DNA of 64,000 bases, taken from the human T2T-CHM13v2.0 reference genome, Homo sapiens. Shown in pieces: positions 13,264 to 25,663 of the stretch (positions are counted from its first letter, which is position 1; each line of letters opens with the position of its first letter). Under the pieces are notes generated by a model. The model was not told the DNA's origin and made no database searches. It worked only from the letters and a program-made list of their open reading frames with translations. The position numbers and the translations under genes were made by a program. The stretch lies in NCBI RefSeq assembly GCF_009914755.1, contig NC_060928.1; one strand, written 5' to 3'.

Positions 13264-13366
13264 ACTTAATTATAATCTACTGCATTTATAATATCAATTC
13301 TTGTTGGATTTGGTCTCTGCCATCAAATATTTTTACTCATATTGTATCAAGAAAATAATAATTCTA

Positions 13367-13506
13367 ATTGGGCACAGTGATGCACATCTGTAGTCCCAGC
13401 TACTCGAGAGGCTGAGGGGAAAGGATCACTTGAGCCCAGGAGTTCGAGATCAGCCTGGGCAATATAGCAACACCCTCATTGAAAAAAAAAAAAAAAAAAA
13501 AAAAAA
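13367..13506 (+). mobile_element. Free Alu monomer (FLAM-type)
   Basis: Single monomer with GGATCACTTGAGCCCAGGAGTTCGAG and a ~25-nt poly-A. Confidence 0.85.
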
Positions 13507-14391
13507 GATATATAACCTAAAAAAAGCCATAGAGGCAAGTAATCTCTGTATAATACTATTAAATAAATCAATGGTACAGCTACAAATGATAGTCATTTAG
13601 AAACATCATTCATTTGGGCCTCAAAGGTTTTGATCTTGTCCATTACTTTCCCTCCAATTTTCCAGGTACTCCTTTAGCCTTCACTGGGAAAAGGGAAAAG
13701 TATTTAAAAACATGTAAATAAGAGAAAATCATCTGTAGCCTAGATTAGTTTTTCCAGTCATCCTTCTACCTTATTGAAAGGTAAGTTCCTAACTACAAAT
13801 AAGACTTTTATATTACATAAAGTGTCTGTATTAAAAACTAAAAAATCTATCTTATTATAGACTTTATAACATACATTGACAGATTTTATAACAAAGAAAA
13901 ATCTTTGAGGGAGGGTTTGGAAACGTGAACACCTGAATGCAGATGCCTTTCCCGATTCATTTACACTTCCTAAGTAAAATTGCTGCTAGGGCCTATATAC
14001 TGCTGAGAAGTATGAGGCCGACATTGGAAAAGTTCTCCAGATGATACTAATAACTAATATGATGCTTTCTTTTCTATGGACTGGTTGAGAGCCCAGAAAC
14101 CAGTTTTTGAGGGATCCCAGACAAATAGCAGAAAGCAGAGCATCCTGGGGAAAAGTCCAATCTTTTCTGTCTTTTGGGCTGAGAAAATCTCAGGTGTCTG
14201 TGGAGCAGTACCTAGCCATGGCACTGGCAAATGTCCTGTGCATATACTGCCAGACCACAAGAGAGTGTTTCAGCTGCCATCGGGACTTGTGCCATTTAGC
14301 ATCTTCCAACAACCAGCTTTCATACCCAGTGAGCTAACAAAGGAAAATAGCAGTCATTTAAGAACCTCCAGCAAACTGAATGATCAGTCAG

Positions 14392-15150
14392 TGTCTCAGT
14401 TAGGGTCCAATTAGGAGACAGAAGCCATAACAATTATTTTAACAGAGAAAATTCAAGATAAAAAATAATTAAGCAATGTTATTTAGGTAACTGAAAGGTC
14501 AGAAAGAGAACTCTGAGTTTTCGTGGAGGTAGCAACTATACAGCGAAGTTACCCCGCAAGGCGAAGGGAACCAGGGAAAGAGTTTAGACATACTGAAACT
14601 TGGAGAAGACGCCCCACAGAGCTGACATTCAGACCTTTGAGGAAGTGGCTCAGTTTGGCTGGGGATGGCATCTCTGAGCTGGAGGAAGATGTGCCATTGG
14701 GGGCTGGGACCCAGACTTCTGAGGAGGGTCTGTCAGTTAGTTGGTGCTGCGGTATCTGCGGTATTAGGATAAAGCTGGTGTTTTCAGAGCTGGAAACACT
14801 GCAAACAGGATTTAACCACTGTTATGGGTCAACACATCTGCTACTAGCATGAAGACGCATTGCTAGGGTGATACAGAAAAAAGAGACTGTCAGGAAGTAA
14901 CAGAAAGCCAATAGGATGAAAACAGAAAATAGTAAGTACCTTCTTACTCCTCTTGCCTTGCCTTGCTTTGCACTCTCTCTCTCTCTCTGTCTCTGTGTGT
15001 GTGTGTCTCGTCCCCTATTGACAAAGCATAAGGAGAAGCAACTGACAACGCTGAAATGAAATTAGCCAAGTCGCAGTTTCAACATCACAAATTCTAGTAT
15101 AGATGGGTACAGTTTGGGAGCTGAAATGCAATAACTTAATTGGCTGCCAT
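14392..15150 (-). mobile_element. Ancient LTR (LTR78/LTR85-like; family uncertain)
   Basis: TGTCTCAGTTAGGGTCCAATTAGGAGACAGAAGCCA resembles the reverse 3' end of old mammalian LTRs. Confidence 0.45.
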
Positions 15151-15199
15151 AGGAAAAAAAAAACAACCATGCAAAAATAGAGCAGCTGAGAGAGGCAAG

Positions 15200-15780
15200 T
15201 GGAAGTGGAAAATACAGGAAAAAATAGTGATTCAAAAGCAGAATAAAATAATCATTCTATAGGTTTAAAAAAATAATTAAACATGATTTTCTAAACAAAC
15301 CAGACAACATGAAAGAGTAATTACCACTGAAATCTAAATGAATGGCATGGAAAATCAAGTAACATAAATACCAAAAAGAAAAGGACAAAATGTAAATTGA
15401 AGTAATGACCAAAAAAAATGTAAGAAATGTAGAACAAAGATCCAAGAGAGCTAAAGCGAGTAATAGGAATTCCAGAAGTAAAATGAACAAATGGAGGATT
15501 AATTGAATAAATACAGAAGAATATTTATTTGAGCTGAAGACCTCAATCCACGGTTTAAGTTTTCACTGACTTCCAGGATACACTGAGAGTAAAACCTGGG
15601 TATAAAAGTGCTCAAGCTAAAATGAGAAATCTTACAAGTCTCCAGGCATACAGAAAAAGTACCATCAAGAGAAAAATAATTGGCCTGGCATCCAAATGCA
15701 TGTCCAAAACAACAGCCAGAAGCTAGCAGAGAGTAAAAGTCTGTTAGCTAATTATGGAGAAAAAAAAACTGATTAATAAA
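15200..15780 (+). mobile_element. HAL1 / old L1 ORF1-like fragment
   Basis: A-rich degenerate ORF1-like motifs (AATAGGAATTCCAGAAG, GAGCTGAAGACC). Confidence 0.5.
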
Positions 15781-16685
15781 AATCAAATTATTGAGAAGTA
15801 AATACAAACTCAATTACCATGATAAAGATGGAATGAATAAATACAATTTTCAACACCAAGCAAGTAAACAAAATAGAGGGTTGTTGAACATGAAACTATT
15901 TTAGCCAATGTGGATTTTCACAGACTGGTTGGAATCCCATTTCTCCTGATAAGATAAGCAATAAGAGAAAATTTAAGAAGGAGGAAAATGTACACACTTC
16001 ACACTGGAAAGGCTAGTGTATATATCCTTAGTGTCTTCAATATACTGACTGTCACAACATTTTTAAAGAAAATTCTGAAATCTAAGTAAATTAATAAGTT
16101 TATCTGATGCAGAAAAAATCATTTTAAGAAAAGCAGAACTCAGAAACTAACAAAAATGTAGGCAAACATTTACATATAAAAAATGGAAAACAGAATGCAT
16201 AGAGAGCCCATATTTGTATGCGAAACTATCTATAAAGGCCATTTACAGAGAGCACTCTCAAACTTAACACATCAACATTAACCTCTAAATAAGCAAAATT
16301 TAATGGGCATAAAATGAAACTTAGCAAGTATGGTTCATTCAAGGTCTTTTAGGGAAAAAAATGGATCAACTGCATCATCTATTAGTTCCACTCAATTTAC
16401 AAACAAAGTGGAAAGCAGAAACTGTAACTGCCAACCCATCCTAAAAAACAAATCTCTGGAATAAAAATGTATCATTTTTATATAGGACAATGATCTTGAA
16501 TCTAGATCAAATGTCTTTCTATCAATGAAAATATAAATATAGAAAGCATGGGCAACACAGAAGAATTAGCCAAGCCATTTTTAAGAATGTGCCTAGGACT
16601 TATATTTCTACAAATTCAAGACCTCCACCCCCTGGGCCTTGCAATGAGTTGATGCTGAATAAATGCTGATGATAGTAGTGAATAC

Positions 16686-17236
16686 TGTCAGAGGCATGTG
16701 AACCAGAGCAACTTTATCTTAAATAGGAGCTGGGTAAAATGAGGCTGAGACCTACTGGGCTGCATTCCCAGACAGTTAAGGCATTCTAAGTCACAGAATG
16801 AGATAGGAGGTCAACACAAGATACAGGTCATAAAAACCTTGCTGATCAACTAGATTGCAGTAAAGAAGCTGGCTAAAACCCACCAAAACCAAGAAGGTGA
16901 CGAGAGTGACCTCTGCTCATCCTCACTGCTACTATCCCACCAGCAGAATGACAGTTTACAAATGCCATGGCAACATCAGGAAGTTATCCTGTATGGTCTA
17001 AAAGGGGGAGACGTGAATAATCCACCCTTTGTTTAGTATATCATCAATAAATAATTATAAAAATTGGCAACCAGCAGCCCTTGGCTGCTCTGTCTATGGA
17101 ATAGACATTCTTTCATTCCTTTACTTTCTTAATAAATTTGCTTTCACTTTACTCTATGGACTACTCTGAATTATTTCTTGTGCAAGATCCAATAACCCTC
17201 TTTTGCAGTCTGCATTGGGACCCCTTTCCTGTAACA
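16686..17236 (+). mobile_element. MER41A 5' LTR
   Basis: TGTCAGAGGC...GAACCAGAGCAAC...CCCCTTTCCTGTAACA, 551 bp, AATAAA present. Confidence 0.92.
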
Positions 17237-17242
17237 TCTTTT

Positions 17243-17260
17243 TGGCAACCATGAAGGGAC
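17243..17260 (+). other. Primer binding site, tRNA-Arg(TCG)-like
   Basis: TGGCAACCATGAAGGGAC vs TGGCGACCACGAAGGGAC; both mismatches are CpG transitions. Confidence 0.75.
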
Positions 17261-18269
17261 TATAGTGCAGAAGCCCCTGACCCAAATGCTAACTTTGGGT
17301 AAGTGGTGGGATCCAGTAACATCTTTCTGGCAAACCCTGAAGGGACAATACTGAGGAGACCTCTCTTCCCACACGAAATAGACTGCAGCACTGATTGGAT
17401 GACTTTGGGTAAGTGGGGTGCACATATCTGGGTAAAGGATGAGATTGGGTTAGAGGCCCAACTTAGGGGAGTTAGAATCTCTCCTAGCACAGAGAGAGTT
17501 AAAGGCTCCTTTCAATAAAAGGCAAGGACACTTGACTGACCTTGGGTTAGAGGCCCAACTTAGGAGGACTAGAGTCCCTTCTAAGATTTAGGGGGTTAGA
17601 GACCCTTCTCAGTAAAGTGCCTCTTGGCTAAGAATGGGTTTGGCACCACAGTATGTTAACTGCTATTCTCTTTGGATTAAGCTGCCTTGCAGTCGTTGCT
17701 GACGGTAATGGGTAACATGATTAGGCATTTACAGGATCATGGGACATGGGGAGCTTTTTCCTGCCCCAAAAGAGGAAACTTGACAGCTGATGGGACTGCT
17801 TGAAGAAAATCTCTTCACGACAGCAGCCGCCTGAATTTTTCAGTGTCGCTGCAACATGGTTGGGTCATTCTCTGGCCTCCCTGAGCATTTTGCCTTCCCC
17901 ACCCTGCCACAGGCAATGATTTTCTCTTTCTCCTTTCCGTTTTTTATCTTTTTTATTACTCAGGGCAGCCATCTTGCCCAGAGACCACATGTTGAAACTC
18001 CTGGTTGGAAGTTGGATTAATGATGATGTGGGGAAGTTTGAGCCTTGGCAGTTTTCAATTGGGTGCTAAGCAGAGTGGTTAATGTCTATGTCTTGCCACA
18101 TGTATTTTACTCTGGCCAGAATGGAAAGAGATAATTTTCCTTTGTGCTGTGGCTTGGCCCCCAAGGCTGTGGCGCAGCAAGCCAGGTCACTAGGGCCGCT
18201 CAGGGAAAGGGAACCCAGAAGCCTGGCATGACAGCAAAGGGTAAGAATTTCTTACCAGTCAGACTTCTG

Positions 18270-18298
18270 GTCTCTATCTCTCTCTTTCTCTGTCTCTC

Positions 18299-18352
<54 letters not shown>
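18270..18352. repeat. CT-rich tract plus perfect (GT)~25 microsatellite
   Basis: Seen directly. Confidence 0.95.
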
Positions 18353-18355
<3 letters not shown>

Positions 18356-21282
18356 AGGATGAGGTTTCCCTCTGGTCAATCATGTCCTTGGGAGCTTGAC
18401 CTTGTAACCATGTGATCATGCTTTCCCTTTTCGCAGTGGTGGCCTGGGTTTAGGGTCCAATTCCTGGCATAGGGAATGAATGAGTCCTTTATCTTCTGTC
18501 TATGTATTTATATGTATTATGTGTGTGTAATATAAAAGAGTTTTGTTTAATTGGTTTAATAATAATAAGTGCTGAAATCAAATATTTTGTCAGAAAAGTA
18601 AAAAGTGGAATGACTTTTAGTTCATGTGAGTTAAGTAGCCTTTGGGAAATAAAAACAGTTTTAAAGATTATTAGTAAAGTAAAGACATTTGGTCTAAATT
18701 AGGAAGGTCAAATATTAAGTTTACTAAATGCTTTAAGGTCATAAACTGCTTCTTTGTCTTTTGAAAATTGTTCAATTCTACCTTGGAGACATTAGATTCT
18801 AGATAAGGCCTGGGGACATAATGGAGTTAGCCATGCCCCCTAGCTGTGCTGGAGTCAGCCATATCTGTTCTTCTGCCTGGTGTGTCCTAGGCTAGGCTCC
18901 ACACCTAGTACATGATTAAAATCTGGAATTTACCAAGCTTTTCGCCAAAAGTAAAAGTTGCTAAGAGCTTACATTGTAACATGCATTTGAGACTACTGAA
19001 GAAACAGTTGTACATATAAGGTGTATACAGAAAGTGAAATGTGTTTTTGGTAAAAGATGATAAGAAGGCATGGGAATGTTGCTTTCTTGCCTAAGATTAA
19101 AGGGTTAAAGGATTGTTTTAAGTTAAATAGAATAAAGCTGAAAGTTTGAACAGTTTTAGAAGGTTTGTGAAAAATTAATTGTAAAGAAAATTTCTATATG
19201 TGAACATATTGGCTAAAGGTAAAGCGGTATTATTCAGTTTTTCTGTAAACTGAACACTGGAATAAAAACATAACAGGTTTTTCTTAGAGGAAAAACATGC
19301 TTATGATCTGCTCTTTAACAAAAATTATAAACAGTTATAAAAGGTTTATGAGAACCTTAATTTATGGTCAAACTGATTAAGATTAAATATGTTTGTCTAT
19401 AAGGTTTCATTAAGAATTGAGTTTGACATCAATAGTACAGTAATATAAAAGTGACATTTGGCTTATTTGGGATAGTCAAATCATACAAGCATCATCATCA
19501 AATGTAAAATAATGTTTGGTTTTCTTTGGGCTGTATTTATATAAATGTGTTATCGGTATATATTCCAAAATTATGGGAAACTCCTATAATTCTGATATGA
19601 GTTGGTGTACATTATCACTAATAACTATAATTGTTACATAAAATCATTGTATGCCACAGGGGTAACCAGGTTTCTTTGTCAATTGTGTTTTTGACTTTGG
19701 CTGTCCTAAGATGTTTTTGTCACCCACAAACAATTGTTACCTTGTTTTAATCCTCTTTAGATGGTGGTTTATAATCAATTATAGAACTCTAACAGGTGTT
19801 TTAAAATGCAAATTTCTGATAACTTTGGAAATTGTGACATTAGAATAGGGGAAAAAACTTTTAGGATTCTCATGGAGAGCTGAAATGTTCATGAATATCA
19901 AAAAGGAGTTAACTAAATTAACTGAACCAATAAAAAGTATAAAGTAACATTTTAAGCTTTTTGCTGAAAACGTTGCTGATCCTTTGTTTTGTTTTCCACA
20001 GTCAAGAAAATTTTTCTTTTGAGCTATTTATAGCCTTTAACAATTAAGTAAAGTATACTGCTGTGAACAAAATTTGAAGCATATTTGTTTCTCTCCAGAA
20101 ACATTCTGAAATCAGAAATATTCTGATTTCTCCAGAAACTGGAAAATATTTGTGAGTATTCTTAATTTATGGCAATATAGTTATTTGCATAAGTGCAATA
20201 AGAATCTATTTTCTTTTGCAACAGGACACAATTAGAGAAAATGGTTATTTTACCAAGGCTTTGACTGGAATGGTGTGCTTTCCTTTAAGGAATCAAATTT
20301 GACTTGTAAAGCCAAAAAGTCCTTTTGGGAAACTGGCCTCATACCTTGCCTATACAGTCCCTGTACAAGGTCCCTGACCTGTGGTAAGTAAAGAATGTCA
20401 GTTTCTGTCAGATCCAGGAACCCCAGGTTATCTTGGGACCCACGGAAGGAGATGAATTTACTCAACTCATAGGTATTTGAGGGTACAAACCTATGGCTGG
20501 GCTCAGCTTTAAAAAAGTCTTACCTGAGATTCCTTCTATGGAATGGAGTTCCATTGAAGCCAATTTACAAAAAGCCTATGTGAAAAATAATTATTCTTGC
20601 TGCACTTTATACAAATAATCAGGCCAAGTATAATAAAGGAAATTGACCTTACCATGATTTTTCTTTAGTAAAAATTGGAAACTGGAGAGAGAACTTATGT
20701 TTTAAAAACTATGGTACACTTGTTATTAAAACCTTGTCTCATAGTTAGTTTTAAGTTTGTTTCTGCAATTTGTGTTAACCTTGATTGTTCCTGTGAACCA
20801 ACTAGTGATCTCTGGCCACAGCTCAGAAGAAACAAGAGGGATGTGTAATGTAAAAATCTGAATCAATATTCTAATTCTGGGCACACTGAAATCAGCTAGT
20901 GACCCCATGTTAGCTTAGTTCCAACAGTCCCACAGTTCATGGAAAGCCTTCTTATTTAGTTTAGTTGGGATACTTTTATTTATTTTGCTTTACTATTATA
21001 GAATATATTGCTGTTGTACTCTGTGCAGGAATGAGGATAAGCTTACTCAACATTTTCTTAAATTGAAGACTCATTAGTCTTCCAGATATCACCTCTTGTC
21101 GGAACTCAAGAGTCACGAAGGGCCTTCGCCATACTGATGCTTTCTGACTGAGCTCTTTCTACCCTGAACACTAGAGACACTAATAGTTAGGCAGGAATAT
21201 CATCTCCCCTTTTCAGCCTGAAGAAGCTACAAAAGATGGATCTTCATCCCTCTGCAACCCTTAGGATTAAGAGTTCCCTTAT

Positions 21283-21299
21283 AAAAGGAAAAGGGGAAA
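21283..21299 (+). other. Polypurine tract of the MER41 provirus
   Basis: AAAAGGAAAAGGGGAAA immediately before the 3' LTR TG. Confidence 0.85.
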
Positions 21300-21819
21300 T
21301 GTCAGAAGCATGTGAAACAGAGCAACTCCATCTTTAATAGGAGCTGGGTAAAATGAGGCTGAGACTTATTGGGCTGCATTCCCAGACAGTTAAGGCATTC
21401 CAGGTCACACAATGAGATAGGAGATCAGCACGAGATACAGGTAATAAAGACTTTGCTGATAAAATAGATAAAATAGGATGACCTCTGGTCATCCTCACTG
21501 CTACACTCCCACCAGCACCATGACAGTTTACAAATGCCATGGCAACATCAGGAAGTTACACTATATGGTCTAAAAATAGGAGGCATGAATAATCCACCCC
21601 TTGTTTAGCATATCATTAAGAAATAATTATAAAAATGGGCAACCAACATCCCTTGGGGCTGCTCTGTCTATGGAGTAGACATTCTTTTATTCCTCTACTT
21701 TCTTTCTTTACTCTGTGAACTCTATGGACTTTACTCTATGGACTCGCCCTGAATTACTTCTTGTACAAGATCCAAGAACCCTCTCTTGGGGTTTGGATTG
21801 GGGCCCCTTTCCTGTAACT
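21300..21819 (+). mobile_element. MER41A 3' LTR with internal deletions
   Basis: Colinear with the 5' LTR; ends TGTAACT. Confidence 0.92.
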
Positions 21820-21840
21820 ATACCTTGCTGACGATGGTAG

Positions 21841-22510
21841 TGAAACTGCCTTTACAAAAATTATAATGGTGAGAAAAAATATGACAGTGAAAGAGATCTG
21901 ACATAACCGACTCCCTCTTGCTTCTAATCTCCAAGCTGTTCTTGTTTATTTCTGGACGTAAGCTAAACCAACTTTGGGAGGAACTTATAGTTTAACTTTG
22001 AAACAAAGATAATGTAACACCCCCCTTCCAAAACAAACCCTTGTTTTCCTGGGTACCAGACTGCTTTCATAGGACTAACACATTAGCAACAGGATTAGAA
22101 ATTATGTTTTAGGAGTCATGCAGCTAGGGGCCACAAGATTCTAAACCTTCCCAATTGCTCATAGGAATAATATCGCTATTTTAAAACCTAAGATCGGTGC
22201 TTGAAGTATTTTTCAGACCCTACACTTGATGGATCAGCTGGCACCACCCAGATAGATAAACTGGCTCATTTGGTCCTGTGGTCCTCGCCCAGGCACTGAC
22301 TCAGTTTCGCAAGAGGACACCTTTGACTCCCTATGATTTCAGCTCCTACCTAACCAATCAGCCCTCCCTACTCCCTGGCCCCCTACCTGTCAAATTATCC
22401 TTAAAAAACCCCAGTCTCCAGATTTTCAGGGAGACTGATTTGAGTAGTAATAAAATTCCCTCTGATTCAGCCAACTTTACTTGAATTAAATTCTTTCTCT
22501 GTTACAATAC
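21841..22510 (+). mobile_element. LTR8A-type ERV1 LTR, 3' end shortened
   Basis: TGAAACTGCCTTTACAAAAATTAT...GACAGTGAAAGAGATCTGAC...CAAATTATCCTTAAAAAACC. Confidence 0.85.
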
Positions 22511-23942
22511 GTTGCCATTGAATATTTATCAAATTATTAAATGAAATAAGAAATCAAACATCACAATCAATAACTGATTTAATAAAATAAGAATCATTAG
22601 TGAGATGATTATTATCATTTCATGTTTTTCCTAAAGCCAAAAAATCAGATTTTTTTCTGTTTTTTTTTTTTTTTTAATTGTGCCTTTGCAAGTTTTTAGC
22701 TTAGTTATCACCCTGCATAACATCTTCAATGTCTTTCTAACTTTATTCACCATTGTTTAGTTTTCTAAACAGGAAATTGAGAGCTGAGTTTCCCTACTGT
22801 TTTCAGGAACATAAATATTTGAATTGGAAGGAAGAGACGATTCATTTACTATTGCACATTGCTGAGTCCAATATGCCAATGAAAACATTCTCATTTTGTT
22901 TTTTGAAAAGTTTTTGTATGAGGTTTGTTTGTTTTGTTATATATGGTAAGGGATGCCTTCTTATTTAGTGGGATTACACAATAGAAAATAATAATTCACA
23001 ATTTTATGAAGACAAAGTTCAAGAAATCATATTGAATTTAAATTATATGTGGAACATGGAGTTAAATAAACGAAAGACTATTGAGAATAAGAGAATAGAT
23101 GAAAGGTAAAACAGGGCTCTAATATAAGAGCCATACTTTCTGACCAGCTGAGCTTTGTGTGCTATTTGTAAGGTACCCGTGGCAAAATTGTGAAAATGAA
23201 TTCTGCCTTTTCTGTTCTGTCTTCATCTTTTAGTTTCTTTTTCCCATGAAGGGTATGTACATACATGCTATCTGGAACAGGCCAAAGCAATCAATAAAAC
23301 TAATATTAATGACTGTATAATCCACCATTATAGTCTGCCACTCATCAATCTTGGCCTTTAACGTTAACTTTCTCTTTATGGCTCTAGATCAGTAGAGGAT
23401 TCGGGGACATAGAATATGTGTTCATTAGACTTTTATTTAATTTTTGCATGTAATTGCCTGCATTGTAAGAAAATAAGAAAATACAAATAAGCAAAAATAA
23501 TAACATCAACAATAACTATACTTTGTTAACATTCCATGTTTCTAAGCCTATGCATATACATAAATAATGTATGAATAAGTGAATAGATGATAAGAAGTGA
23601 ATGAAGGAATAAGTAAATAAATTAATAACTAATAGAACAAACTGAGAAAATCCATGTATGTGTGTTTGTGTATTTAAGACCTATTTTTTAATTCAAAAAC
23701 AAACTGTAACCATCTCTTAATGCCAGTAAATATAGAAATACATTGTCATTAGGATACACTTTTAATGGTAAAGGAATCACACGTATTTTCCAATCTGCAA
23801 TCTAGTCATCTGTTGCTAATGACCTGATTTTGATTTGTTGCATAAAAAATACACAATTCTTTATAGGCCTTTTGCAATATTACATAGAGAAAACTACTCA
23901 AAATCCCACATGTTTACAACCTCTTTTCGTTGAATTCATAGT

Positions 23943-24107
23943 CTAAGAGTCAGCAAACCTTTTCTGTAAAGGGTCAGATACCAAATATTTTAGGCTTTGG
24001 GAGCTAAACAGTCAATGTGAAACTTTTTGACTCTGCTATTGTAGTGCAAAAGCAGCCAAAGACAATACCTAAACGAGCATGGCTGTGTTCCAATAAAACT
24101 TTACAAA
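23943..24107. mobile_element. MER58A hAT-Charlie element
   Basis: CAGCAAACCTTTTCTGTAAAGGGTCAGAT...GGCTGTGTTCCAATAAAACTTTA. Confidence 0.85.
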
Positions 24108-24379
24108 GTTTTAATTGCCCCTTCCAGTAGGGTGATTTGGCCCAGTTTTAGCACCCACTCCCATTTTGCCAATAAATCATGACCTTGAAAGAATTTTGCT
24201 CGAGATCACGAAGCTAGTTAAAGACACAACAGCTACTAGGATTTGTATCTACTAAAACCTAACTCCAGCATTCCTTTTACATCCTAAAACATCAATTTTT
24301 ATTTTCTGTCCTTCCGCAGTTCCAATTATAACAGTATATCACCCAGAAGAAACTGTAACATGCATTTCACTTCTCACAT

Positions 24380-25088
24380 TTGATTCATCAATTCTGTTTT
24401 CAAAATATATGAGAAATACTTCTCAGTGCCTCCCCTCCTCCTACCTTCTCCCATACCGCTGTCCTCATTCACTTAGATGACTGCAATAACCTTGCCACTG
24501 CTGTCTCCACTTCAGTCTTTGCTTCCCTTCAGATTATTTTTCACAAAGAAGCAAAAGTGTTCGTGTTCTTTTAACAGATGTCAGGTCACTCCTAGGCTGA
24601 ATAAATCTTTATCATTGTGTTTAAGGCCTTCCACAATCTGACCTTCAATTGCCTTCTCACTTCATCTCCTACCACAATCTTCTTAACTCTGCCCCAGCAA
24701 CCCTCATCACCTTGCTCTTCCCCCAAACACTTCAGGTATGCCAGCCTCAAGGACAGATAACCACATGCCTGTCTCCCTCACTTCTTCAGGTGTTTACTCA
24801 AATGTCACATTCTTAGTGAGGTATTCTCTGGCTGCCATGTCTAAAGTTGCACATCTCACACATATAACAACACACACACACACGTTGTATCTCCCTTCTT
24901 GCTTTATTTTCCCTTTTAGCTATTACATCAGTATTCTTTTTAAATGAATATTCCCCTCACCAGATTATAAACTCTGTGAGTGCAGGGTACAGAGAGTTTC
25001 ATCTGTATTGTTCACCAGTAATTCCCAGCACTGTGTGTCTGGCATACACTGATTTTTTATTTTTTTATTTTTATAATGAATGAAGGAA
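24380..25088 (+). mobile_element. L2a 3' portion
   Basis: GACTGCAATAACC, TACTCAAATGTCACATTCTTAGTGAGG, GAATGAA tail. Confidence 0.7.
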
Positions 25089-25212
25089 TATAAACATTTG
25101 GTTGATTTACAACTAATCTTGAGTGCTAAACATACTGAAATTAATCTTCAAAGTAATTTTGTGTATTTCCTTTAAGATCCAAAGAAAGAGTTGGGTTTGG
25201 TACAACCATTGT

Positions 25213-25268
25213 CTGTGTGTGTGTGTTTGTGTGGGTGTGTGTGTGTGTGTGTGTGCGCGTTTGTGTGT
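25213..25268. repeat. Imperfect (TG)n
   Basis: Seen directly. Confidence 0.9.
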
Positions 25269-25315
25269 TATAGTTGAAAAAGTTTTACCGTCAACCTTAA
25301 AAAATACTTGAAACA

Positions 25316-25663
<348 letters not shown>

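Larger units (their letters stand above)
16686..21819 (+). mobile_element. Non-autonomous ERV1 provirus MER41A-int-MER41A
   Basis: Two homologous LTRs (16686-17236, 21300-21819), PBS, PPT, 4-bp TSD ATAC at 16682-16685 and 21820-21823; ~4 kb internal region without gag/pol/env ORFs. Confidence 0.92.

Noticed and set aside
14076-14852. 112-aa and 109-aa ORFs
   Set aside because: No recognisable domains; the second lies in an LTR-like repeat; lengths are compatible with chance
16686-17236. MER41 as an interferon-gamma/STAT1 enhancer
   Set aside because: Sequence and length fit MER41A, which lacks the tandem GAS motifs of MER41B; I did not see them here
17237-21299. Coding retroviral genes in the provirus
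   Set aside because: Only short ORFs, none with gag/pol/env motifs; non-autonomous internal region
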